Shown here: in pieces, positions 1-9,358 of the stretch
Layout of the letters: the number at the start of each line of letters is the position of its first letter
Numbering within the stretch: the stretch's first letter is position 1
Assembly: GCA_000388065.2 (NCBI GenBank)
Contig: KB932209.1
Strand: one strand, 5' to 3'
DNA: 18,682 bases
Source: Fonticula alba ATCC 38817
Lineage: Eukaryota; Protista; Nucleariida
The notes under the pieces: generated by a model
Database searches by the model: none
Told to the model about the DNA's origin: nothing
Seen by the model: the letters and a program-made list of their open reading frames with translations, nothing else
Position numbers and translations under genes: made by a program

Positions 1-108
1 GAGGAGACCAGAGGAAGAGGCCGACGTGCCGCCGTCCAAGAGGTAGGCAGCGTGCTCGTCGGTCGAGCTGCTCCTTCTTAGGAGGGCGCGCTCACCGGTG
101 GGCGACAT
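1..108 (-). CDS. Probable 5' end of an unidentified protein-coding gene, partial and running off the left edge of the window
   Basis: ATG at 108-106 in the context CTCGCC-ATG, like TTCGCC-ATG, CCCACC-ATG and CAGCC-ATG at the confirmed genes. It follows an AG-free pyrimidine-rich leader. The frame is open to base 1: MSPTGERALLRRSSSTDEHAAYLLDGGTSASSSGLL. No recognisable domain. Confidence 0.35.
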   Translation of the reverse strand, partial: MSPTGERALLRRSSSTDEHAAYLLDGGTSASSSGLL

Positions 109-150
109 GGCGAGGGGGGAAAGAGGAGGCAGAAGGATGAAGGCAGGGGG

Positions 151-190
151 GCGGGGAGGCGGGGAGGCGGGGAGGCGGGGAGGCGGGGGG
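151..190. repeat. 8-bp tandem repeat (GCGGGGAG)x4 plus a degenerate fifth copy
   Basis: Read directly: units start at 151, 159, 167 and 175, followed by GCGGGGGG at 183-190. Confidence 0.85.
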
Positions 191-605
191 GGAGGGGGCG
201 TTTGCGTTTTCTGTTTGAGTGTTAGATGGGGTTCTTTTTGGTTTTTGGTGTTATTTTATTTTGTTGCATGAGGGGGAGAGGAGGGAGGGAGAGATAGATA
301 GGTTGATGGGCTGGGGGCAGGGGGGACAACGCACACACTCACAGACACACACACACACACAAAAGGAGGGGGGGAAAGGGGGGCGAGGCGTGCGCCAGAG
401 GGGCTCACCAAAGGGATGGCGAGGCAGGGACGGGGTATCCCGGGCCGTTGATTGCCGTCACAGGCCAAGAGGAAGGGGGAGCTAAAGCGGTGAGGGAGGG
501 AGGGGGACGATCCCGGGGGGAGGGGGCGGGTAAGTAGGCGAAAGGGGAGCCCTGGGCAGAGAGGAAAGACGGAGAGGGGGAGAGAGAGAGAGAGAGATAC
601 GGGGG

Positions 606-679
606 NNNNNNNNNNNNNNNNNNNNNNNNNNNNNNNNNNNNNNNNNNNNNNNNNNNNNNNNNNNNNNNNNNNNNNNNNN
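606..679. other. Assembly gap (74 N)
   Basis: N run flanked by G runs on both sides. Confidence 0.99.
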
Positions 680-854
680 GGGGCAGGGCCGCCAGATGAG
701 GGAGCCAGGCTGTTTGAAAAAGGCGCGACCTTGCACTGGAAGGCAAAGATAAAGCCATCAGACGCCCAATGAGGGAGGACGAGGGGCGGGGGCCGGGGCG
801 GGGGCGGGAGCGGGGGGTTGTCGGACGTCCCTGAAACCCGCTGGCGGAACGCTG

Positions 855-876
855 CCCCCCCCCCCCCCCCCCCCCC
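855..876. repeat. C22 homopolymer
   Basis: Read directly. Confidence 0.9.
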
Positions 877-2396
877 GAGAAGACAGAGCCCGGCGAATGA
901 CACAGTCAAGTGCTTATCTCTCCCCGGGGGGGCGTTTCCACGGCGAGCTTGTGCCGAGGGGGGGGGGGGGACAGGCCTCTCACGGGCCAGGTGCCCTGGG
1001 CGACCGGGGGACAGCCAACGGCGGAGATAGGCCGTTGGTGTGCTGGAAGCCGCGGTCGGTGATGCCGACTGACCAAGATATGACACGGCTGCCTGGGCGA
1101 AAGTGTGCACGCAGGGGCGAGGGGGCAGCGCATGGGAGGGGACCGGCCGCGCCTTCATTGTTCCCGCGCACATTCACGTACGTGCGACACGGCGCCCCCG
1201 GCCAAAAGCACGCTTCGCTCGGAGGGAGCAGCGGGTCTCTGGAGCCTAGTGGCGATTCTATGAAACCAGACCGCCCCTCCGACGGGAGGGGGGGGGGGGG
1301 CGGGGAATGACCGCAGCCCCGGCCCCAGACCTGAGGGGAGGGGAGCATATGGGGCGGTTATGCTGACCGGCTTTGGCCGCGGGCTGTGTGAGGTCAGGTG
1401 CGAGCTGCCCGGCCCGCGATATACAGGGCGGGCCGTTCTCCCGGCCTTCGTACGGGGAGAACGAGGGGGGGGGGGGGGGGGGCGGCTGGGATGCTTGGAT
1501 TTCACAACTGCGCCGGGCTTGCCCTTTGGTGGTCATCCGTGTGAAAGCCGGCCCGGCCGCCCCCGGACCGCCTGCGGCCCCAGGAATGCGCCTGGGGGCG
1601 CAGATCTCTCCCGGGGGCAAGGGGAAATAGTCCTCACGCGCCCGGCCTCCCAGACAGGCCGTTGGAGCCCCCCTTCTTGGGGACACGCGTGGATCGTGTC
1701 GAGGCTCGGACATGCGCGGGGGCGCGCGCCACTTGCACCCGCGTGCGCCTTCCGGGCCCCAAGAGCCCGCGAGAGAAAGACAGGACGTGAACTCGTCCGG
1801 GGGCAAGAGAAGGCCCCCCCCCCCCCCCCCCATGGGGCGCGGTGACCGGAGAGGCAAGCGGACATCCACCGGGAGCAGATACCCCCACCTCCCCGGCCGT
1901 CCCCCATGGTCCATGGGGAGGCCGACCGATGGGCAGGGGCGCGGTTGCGGTGGAGCGGCCCGGAAGGCCGAACCCCTCAAACCGCATCTCGGGCCTGCTA
2001 CATATGACATCAGGCATGCGGCGACGACGGCGGCGGCGGCGGCGGTCGGGACTGCGGAGGATGCCCGTGTGGCGGGCAGGCCCGCCTCGGCCTGGGCCGG
2101 GTGCGAGAGCCAACAAGATGGCCAGCCCTCCAGCGGAGGCGAGGCAGGGCCCGCCCGCCACACCGGCCGGCAGTGGGAGAAAGGCGGCCATAGAGAAATG
2201 CCTTGTCTCGGTCTCTGGCCCTCCTGCTCTCGAGCATGCGTTGATGGAACTCGCACAACGGCCGCCCCCTCCGCGCCCGGCGGGGGGCGGGGGGGGGCTG
2301 GATTCCAGAGCGGGCCGTGGCCCTCTCCGGGGAGCCACATTGGCGCGGGGGGGGGGGCGGGGGGGTGGCCTTATCAGGGGGCCCATGGGCGGGGGC

Positions 2397-2421
2397 GGGG
2401 GGGGGGGGGGGGGGGGGGGGG
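2397..2421. repeat. G25 homopolymer (potential G-quadruplex)
   Basis: Read directly; it is embedded in a longer G-rich stretch from about 2340. Confidence 0.9.
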
Positions 2422-3064
2422 CAAGCAGTACCCAACACGCGCCGGTCTGGGACCGCCTTCTTCCGAGACTCGAGGGGACATCCCCTCCGTGGCCAAAAAC
2501 AGGCCAGCTGGTCAAGCCGGGCAGGCGGACTTGCCCGCCCCAATTCGCCGGCCTCGGCCGGAAAACCGAGGCCGGCATGCCCGACGGCGCGTCCTCCCTC
2601 CGGTGCCCAAGATAGCCCCACCACTCGGAGCAGGGCCACCCGCGCAAGACACCCCCCCCATGCTTGCCGATTGCCCCTTCCGCCCGGCCAAGACAGCCAG
2701 ACAAGATCACCCACGAATGCACCACACACCTGCACCGTAGACACCTTACACACACACACACACGCACACACACCTGGGGAGTGAGAAGCCCAGCGAGCGT
2801 AGCCCGCGTACTGAGCTGCCGCCCTTCCCCCGGCCCAGGCGTCCACCGGCCCCGCGGGGCGCCCTCTTTCTCCCATGAATAGCCACCATTTTCGGGAGGG
2901 AAGCGCGAGAATATGCCTGCGCGAAATGCGCCTCGGGATCCCCGCCTCCCGTGATCCGGTACATGGGACAGCGCAATGTTGTTCCTCTCGTGCCAATGGA
3001 AGAACGTTGGTATTGGACATGCCTGCTGGAGGTGAGGAGCGTCAGGCCGGCTAAATTGGGGCCA

Positions 3065-3116
3065 GGGGGGGGGGGGGGGGGGGGGGGGAGGGGGGGGGGG
3101 GGGGGGGGGGGGGGGG
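3065..3116. repeat. G24-A-G27 homopolymer tract (potential G-quadruplex)
   Basis: Read directly. Confidence 0.9.
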
Positions 3117-4046
3117 CGGCGAGGTATGAGGAGAGGTCGGAAGAGTGGGCAAATATTCGGCCCGCATCCGAGCCCTGGCGGCCCCCTCCCGCGCTGGACC
3201 ACCAACCGGCCGGGGACGGCGGACATCTGCCCACAAGCAAGGCAAGACATTGGGCCGGAAACAAAGCACCCTCGCCGGCCGGTGGCCCCCCGACTAGTCA
3301 TCCGGCCGGCAGCCTGGTACAGTCCGGGGAGCGTGGCACGACTACTTGACGCTTTCAGTTTGCCGGATCGCCCTCCGACGGTGGAAGGATCCAGACGATC
3401 AGTGGATTTCGAGGGAAGGACCGGGAACCCGGGGAACCCCCGGCCGGGGGCGTGTCCAACACGCAACAGCATGCCCGGCCGGGTGCCCTCTGAGAGTACG
3501 CACTTGACATCGGTGTGGGGCTCTCGGCCATTCCGGCGGAGGGCGGGGGCGGGCAGCCTCCCTATGACTGCGCTGGTGAGAGGCCGTGTCCGAGATGGAT
3601 CGCATCCCTTTTCGGCCGGCGCCGCAATGCCCCGTCCGGGCCTCAGACCTTGGACAGCCCACCCCTGCCTCCGTTGACTTGTCCCCTCTCGACTGTACGC
3701 CCGCTCCCTCGCCGCCGCCCGCCGCAGGACAGGGCCAGGTAGCAAGAGCACGTGCCGTGCGTCTGTGTGTCCGTCTTTCTGTGCATGCTAAGAGGAGGGT
3801 CGCTGACCGACGTGCCGGCCAAGAACTCCCCACCACGCACACAGACGCATGACAATGATGGCCTCTCTCTGCGGCCGGCTCTGGCCGCTGCTGCCACTCC
3901 TACTTCTGGTCCTGCTGCTACCGGCGGTTGCACCCTGCCCGGCGACCGCCGACCCGCATTCACCCAATGCTGTTCGCCCGGCTGACGGCCTCCCCGCTGA
4001 CCGCTGCCCCCTCATTCCCAGTGTCGCCCGTGCCGAATACCCCACC

Positions 4047-5617
4047 ATGACCGACGCCACCGCCGCCATGGCCGCCGCCAAGAACCTCAAGTCCTTCGTG
4101 GACGTTGCCCCCGAGTCGGACTTCCCCATCCAGAACATCCCCTTCGGTATCTTCTCCACCGAGGCCGACGTGCGCACATTCCCCCCCCCTGCCCCTGCCC
4201 CATGCTCCGGGCTCCTGTGTGCACTTGTGACTGACCAGCTGCCGTCCTGTGTGCAGGCCACCCCCCGCGTGGGTACGGCCATCGGCGAGTTCGTTGTCGA
4301 TCTGGCTGCCCTGGCCGCCGAGGGTCTCTTCTCGTGCTGCAGCACCTTCGGCCCGGAGGCCACCGCCGCCTTCCAGTCCACCACCCTGAACCACTACATG
4401 AGCCTTGGCCGCCCGGCCTGGACTGAGGCCCGCCGCCGCATCCAGCAGCTCCTGTCCATCGATGAGCCGACCCTGCGCGACAACGAGGCCCTCCGCGCCC
4501 GGGTCCTCATCCACCGCACCGGCGTCTCCATGCACATGCCGGCTCGCATTGGTGACTACACCGACTTCTACTCCAGCAAGGAGCACGCCACCAATGTCGG
4601 CATCATGTTCCGCGGTAAGGACAACGCCCTGATGCCCAACTGGCTGCACCTGCCGGTCGGCTACCATGGCCGCGCTTCGTCGGTCGTCGTCACTGGCACC
4701 CCCCTGACCCGGCCCAGTGGCCAGGTCCTGCCCATGGATGCCCAGGTCCCGGTCTTCTCCGCCTCCAAGCAGGTGGACATCGAGCTGGAGGTGGCCTTCC
4801 TGGTGGGCCCCAGCAACAAGCTCGGCCAGCCGGTCCCCATCGAGCGCGCCCATGACCACATCTTCGGCCTGCTGCTGATGAATGACTGGTCCGCTCGTGA
4901 CATCCAGCGCTGGGAGTATGTCCCCCTGGGTCCCTTCCTGGCCAAGAACTTCGGCACCACCGTCTCCCCCTGGGTCGTCACCCTGGAGGCTCTGGAGCCC
5001 TTCCTGACCAACGGCCCGGCCCAGACCGACCCGGCCCCCATGCCCTACCTCACCTACAACGGCCCGGCCACCTATGACATCCAGCTGGAGGCCCTGCTCA
5101 AGCCCAAGGAGTCCGCCGACTACCAGCGCATTTGCCTCACCAACTTCAAGCACCTCTACTGGTCCATGCGCCAGCAGCTGGCCCACCACACCATCAACGG
5201 GTGCAACCTCCAGACCGGTGATCTCCTGGCCTCCGGTACCATCTCCGGCCCGGTGCGTGCGGTCGCCGTCCCCCCCTCCCGGCCTCGCCCCTCCCTCGCC
5301 CCCCTCTTCGCATGCATGCGCCCGCCCTCTGACATGGGTCTCGCCACCCCATCGCCGCGCACCTACTCACCTGCCTCTCCGCTCGCTCTCCCCTCTGCCG
5401 CACACGCACACAGACCCCGGAGTCCTTCGGCTCTCTGCTGGAGCTCACCTGGCGCGGCACCAACCCCATCCAGTTCCCGGACGACGTCAAGCGCACCTTC
5501 CTGCAGGATGGCGACTCCGTGGTCATCCGCGGTGCTGCCCAGGGCGATGGCTTCCGCATTGGCTTCGGCGACTGCGAGGGCACCATCCTGCCCGCTGTTG
5601 CTGGCCTCAACCAGTAA
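4047..5617 (+). CDS. FAH: Fumarylacetoacetase (fumarylacetoacetate hydrolase, last step of Phe/Tyr catabolism); exons 4047-4169, 4257-5252, 5414-5617; 440 aa
   Basis: The spliced product has continuous FAH family motifs: [146 protein letters not shown]. Introns are 4170-4256 (GTGCGC..CTGAC..CAG, 87 nt) and 5253-5413 (GTGCGT..TACTCAC..CAG, 161 nt). Strong GC3 codon bias. An alternative start is possible at ATG 4068. Confidence 0.96.
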
Positions 5618-5824
5618 GCGCGCCCCTCGCCCATTGGTGGCTTTTCCTTTCGGCTCCCCTTTGTCCTTGTTGGGAGAAGGGGGGGGGCGACGGGAAAAGG
5701 AGGGGGTCCTCCGGCCGTGTGTGATGGCCGTTTGTGGATGTGCCTGATGTCCATGCATTTGGGCCATCCTTCCAGGGGACCTGTTGCATTTACACGCATG
5801 CGTGCGTGCATGCACCGATTCCGC

Positions 5825-5830
5825 AATAAA
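5825..5830 (+). terminator. Candidate AATAAA polyadenylation signal for FAH
   Basis: AATAAA lies about 210 nt after the FAH stop, in an A-rich patch of otherwise GC-rich DNA. Confidence 0.55.
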
Positions 5831-6002
5831 AAAGCAACACATAACCATAACCATTTGGCAGAGCATGGCCACATGGGGGGGAGGGGAGAGAGGCAGTGGG
5901 AAGAAGATGGAGCAGATGCGGTGGGCATATATTTGTATGTGAACATGCAAGGCCCCGTTGGGGGAGGTGGAAAGAAAAGGACGAGTGATCGGCAAGGAGA
6001 AC

Positions 6003-7195
6003 TCAAAACTTGACCACCCGAACAGGCTTCTTGGCGACGGGCGCCGCAGGGGCGGTGGCGCCGGCGCCGGCGCCGGAAACGGCACTGCCAACAGGGGTCC
6101 CGTCGCCGCGCTTGTGGTTGGACACCACGCCCAGCTGCAGGTCGGGATCCTGGTCAATGAGCTCCTTGGAGAGGTCAAAGCCATCGGTGTTGGCGGGGCC
6201 CTTGCGCTCCTGGGCCCGTGCAAGCTTGGCTAAAAAGGGAGGAGGGCAAACGACAGACACGGGTCAGAAATAGGCCACAGACATCGGGCAGTTGCGACAG
6301 GGAGGGGGAGGGGGGGGGGAGATCACCGCCGACGTGCCATCCTTCTTGACTGTGCAGTCAACCGCGCGGTGGCGCTTGTCACCACAGAAACGACACCCGC
6401 CACCTGCATGGCAGTGGCAGGGGAGGGGGCAGTGTGGGGGGGGGGGAGCGCTTGTGTTAGACTACGTTTCGCGCGGCAAAAGGCCAGCTGCGGGGGAGGT
6501 ACGCGCACCATCGGGGTACAGGCCGTTGGGGTTCTTCTCGCAGGCGCCGGACAGATGCCCCTGCTGGCCGCAAGTGAAACACAGAGCAAAACCGAAGTTC
6601 TTGACTGCAAACGCAAAGCGGGGGAGGTGAGTCGCGCGCGGAAGGGCCAGCCAAGGGGCGGCAAGGTTAAGCGGGGGGCGCTTCCGAGGGCGAGGTGTGT
6701 GTTTCAGGCGCGTGAAGGTGCGTCTTTGCGCTTTCTGGCTTGCGGCCACGCACCCGAGGCCGTGCAGGACCGCGTAACATGATCGTCGGCCCCGCAGTGG
6801 AAACAGATCCCGGACACCGCGGCACCGGCCTCCTGCATGAGCTTGCGGTCGGCGCCGTCGACGCCGGCAACACCGCCAGCTGTCAACGGGCAATCACGCA
6901 CCGCATGGCCACGTTCCCGACACTGAAAGCAGATGGTCTTTTTGGCGGCGCGCAGGCGCCGGCGCTCACGCTCACGCTCGGCCTTGCTCATGGGCCCGGC
7001 ACTGGCTCCGGCACTGGGAGAAGCCATCTGCTCTTTGGCCTTTTGCGCGCGCAGGGCCTTGCGCTGGGCCACCGCCTCGGCCGCGGTCTTCGGCGGCGGA
7101 CCGGCGGCCTTGCGCTGGCGCTGGAACTCATCCCACGAGGTGGAGTCCTCGAAGGACTTCTTCGGCGCACCGAACATCCGGGTGACGCGCGTCAT
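6003..7195 (-). CDS. ZCCHC9: ZCCHC9-like zinc-knuckle protein (4x CX2CX4HX4C); exons 7195-6754, 6604-6509, 6403-6338, 6229-6003; about 276 aa
   Basis: The four knuckles are CFQCRERGHAVRDC, CFHCGADDHVTRSC, CFTCGQQGHLSGAC (followed by NPNGLYPDGGG) and CRFCGDKRHRAVDC. The N-terminus MTRVTR..TSWDEF, the basic ERRRL segment and the C-terminal KKPVRVVKF match the ZCCHC9 family architecture as recalled. Introns are 6753-6605 (GTGCGT..CAG), 6508-6404 (GTGCGC..CTAAC..CAG) and 6337-6230 (GCACGT..CTGAC..TAG). The third donor is inferred and non-canonical. Confidence 0.85.
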
Positions 7196-7916
7196 GGCTG
7201 AAGGGAGAGCAGGGGGGATCCGAAAGGGAGCCGGAAAGGGGAATGAACGGACGAGGCGGACGAAAGGCGAGGCAGGGCACAGGCAAAGAGGGAGGAGGAG
7301 GAGGAGGAGGAGGAGGAGGAGGGGCGGCGAGCAAGGAGGGCTGGTGCTACCAGGGAGGGTGTTCTGTTGCATGGGCAGCGAGGCGGCGGATGGCCCCGCC
7401 CCGCGCCGGTCCGCGGGCCGAAAAATATCCCCGGATCTCCACCCGAGGGACTGTGCCCGAGGCGACCGGGGCGGCCATGCGTCTTGTGCCAACGCATTGA
7501 TGGTCGGGACGCGGGCCGCACACACGCGCGCGCCCCGAGGTACATCTCTGCTTCCCCCCGTGCGCCCCCGGGCCCGGCCCTCGCCCCTGGCCTCTTGTTC
7601 CACCTCGCGTCCATCCTATGCGAGGGAACATGCTGCGATCCGCCCTCGCCGCCGTCGCCGCCGTCGCCGGAGCCGCCGTCACCGCCACCGCCCCACCCCT
7701 CTTCGGCCGAGAGAAAATTGCGCCCCACCTGCTGTTGAGACCGTCAGGCGCGGCCCCACACCTCTCCACCACCACCTCCCCCCTCCCTCCCGCCGCCTCC
7801 GTGGCCCTCCGCCTCCCCCATCCACACCATCCCCCTATTGCCCTCTTCCCTCCGCACGTCACTCCCCTATCACGCCCGCGCAGGACACCACTGCATTCCG
7901 TCCTCCGGCCTTCGCC
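7196..7916. promoter_or_regulatory. Putative bidirectional promoter and 5' UTR region between ZCCHC9-like and MPP6-like genes (721 bp ATG to ATG)
   Basis: The two start codons are divergent. Each gene has a pyrimidine-rich leader on its own sense strand: purine-rich on + at 7200-7330, pyrimidine-rich on + at 7760-7915. AT-rich islands GAAAAATATC (7420-7429) and GAAAATTGCG (7713-7722) lie between them. Confidence 0.55.
7291..7320. repeat. (GGA)10 microsatellite
   Basis: Read directly; it reads (TCC)10 on the ZCCHC9 sense strand, upstream of the ATG. Confidence 0.9.
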
Positions 7917-8887
7917 ATGAGTGACCCTACCAAGGCCCCCCAGTCGGGCCTCTCCAAGCGAATTCTTGGGATGAAGGTGCGCTCGCGCCCACATGCCCCC
8001 CTTCTTGCATGCCCGGCGCCTCCCATTCTCTCTGACCCATACTTTCCTTGTCCCCTCCTCGCCCCCTCTTGCTCTTGCCCCATGGCTCCCTTGCTGTGTC
8101 GCTTCCTCGCTCTCTTGCTCTCTCTCTCTCTCGCTTTCTCGCTCTCCTGCTTTGTCTACTGCAGTTCATGAACCGGAAATCGGGCGGCCTTGCGCAAGCA
8201 TCCCCCAACCACTCCCAGCCGCTTGTGCCGAGCTCCTCCAGCACGGCTGTTTCGTCCTCCGGCATCACCCGCAAGACTCCGCTGGTGGTGGATCAGGCCG
8301 CCATCGCCACTCCGGCCTCTGCCGCCGCCGCCGCCGCCGCGGCCTCCAGCAAGGGCACGAAGGGCTCTGCCGCGGCTGCGGCCCCGGCGACTCCGGTGCT
8401 TGCATCCACCGGAGCCCTGTTGGCCCTGACCAACCGGGCGACCGCGGCCTCGGCGCACCTGGACAAGTATGCGGCGGCGTCGGTGACCGCCTTCGAGGTG
8501 GATGAGTCCTTCTGGTCGCTCGACTCGCTCGGGTGTCTGGATCGGGTGGACCGGCAGCGTGCCACATCCGGCCTGCAGGCCTCTCAAGCTCAGGTGGGCA
8601 AGCCCCCCCTGGCGGAGGATCCCCTCGGCCATGTGCAGTATGCCCAGTCGGTGTACTGCTTTTTCCACCAGACGCATGCGGGCCGCCGGGGGCCGTTGCT
8701 GTCGACTCGCGCCGCTCAGGCTGCAGCTGCGGCAGCCGCCAAGGACGAGGACTCCCGCGAGTCCCTCGATGACATGAACTTGGACGAGGAAACCGCCCCA
8801 ACCTCCTTCACGTCTGGCAACAACAAGCGCAAACACCCGCAATCGGGTGCCCCTTCGAAAAATGCCCGGATTCGGTCCTTCCGGTGA
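7917..8887 (+). CDS. MPHOSPH6: M-phase phosphoprotein 6 (MPP6)-like nuclear exosome cofactor; exons 7917-7976 and 8165-8887; 260 aa
   Basis: Splicing intron 7977-8164 (GTGCGC..CAG, 188 nt) creates LSKRILGMKFMNR, the hallmark MPP6 N-terminal motif (human LSKNLLRMKFMQR, as recalled). DESFWSLD resembles EEHWYLD, there is a weak QS..GR central match, and the tail is basic (NKRKHPQ..KNARIRSFR). The rest is Ala/Ser-rich and divergent. Confidence 0.72.
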
Positions 8888-9134
8888 AGAGAGGCCCCAA
8901 ACGGGAATCAGCCAGCCTGCTCCGATGGGCAGGGGGGCGGCCGCGACGGTGGCCGCGGAGCACGTGCAAAGGACACCCTCCTTGAGCCCGTGCCTCGCAT
9001 GTGTGTGCGGACGACGAGGGGAGGCGAACTGAGCTATCTGGCCTCCTGTCTTTTCCTGCCCTTCCCTTTCTCCCTTGAAGCGGCGCCAAGGCGTCGATGG
9101 TCCTGAAAATGAAAACCCTACAAATATACACACA

Positions 9135-9212
9135 GCATGACAAGAGTAGCACCTGCCCCGGTGCGGTGNNNNNNNNNNGCATGACAAGAGTAGCACCTGC
9201 CCCGGTGCGGTG
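9135..9212. other. 34-bp exact duplication (9135-9168 and 9179-9212) either side of a 10-N gap; probable contig-overlap artefact
   Basis: GCATGACAAGAGTAGCACCTGCCCCGGTGCGGTG occurs on both sides of N 9169-9178, and the second copy continues into G24 (9212-9235). Confidence 0.85.
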
Positions 9213-9358
9213 GGGGGGGGGGGGGGGGGGGGGGGCGAGCATAAGCGGGAAGAGAGCCAAAAACAACAATGTGCATGTATTGCTCGTCGCTCCGTCGTCC
9301 GGGGGAGGAGGAGGAGGAGGAGGAGGGCATGCGGCATGCGGCATGGTTGGCCCCCGGG

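Noticed and set aside
1894-1924. Hairpin with core CCCCATGG-T-CCATGGGG
   Set aside because: A short GC-rich inverted repeat is expected by chance; there is no associated gene end or RNA motif.
1634-3264. Poly-Pro and poly-Gly stretches suggesting formin/WASP-like proteins
   Set aside because: They come from pure C or G homopolymers (CCC/GGG only) that appear in every frame; no FH2 or WH2 domain is present.
3788-5189. Long minus-strand ORFs (3960-5189, 409 aa; 3788-4384, 198 aa)
   Set aside because: Antisense shadows of the strongly codon-biased FAH coding sequence, with no domain content.
3849-5747. The 632-aa ORF taken as a single-exon FAH
   Set aside because: It reads through two introns. 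FAH homology stops at ISGP (5252) and resumes in another frame at 5414.
1926-8935. 14-bp match CCGATGGGCAGGGG at 1926-1939 and 8922-8935
   Set aside because: G-rich and does not extend; compatible with chance.
9135-9212. 34-bp direct repeat as a biological element (TSD, att site or CRISPR repeat)
   Set aside because: The copies directly abut a 10-N placeholder gap next to G24, typical of unmerged overlapping contig ends.
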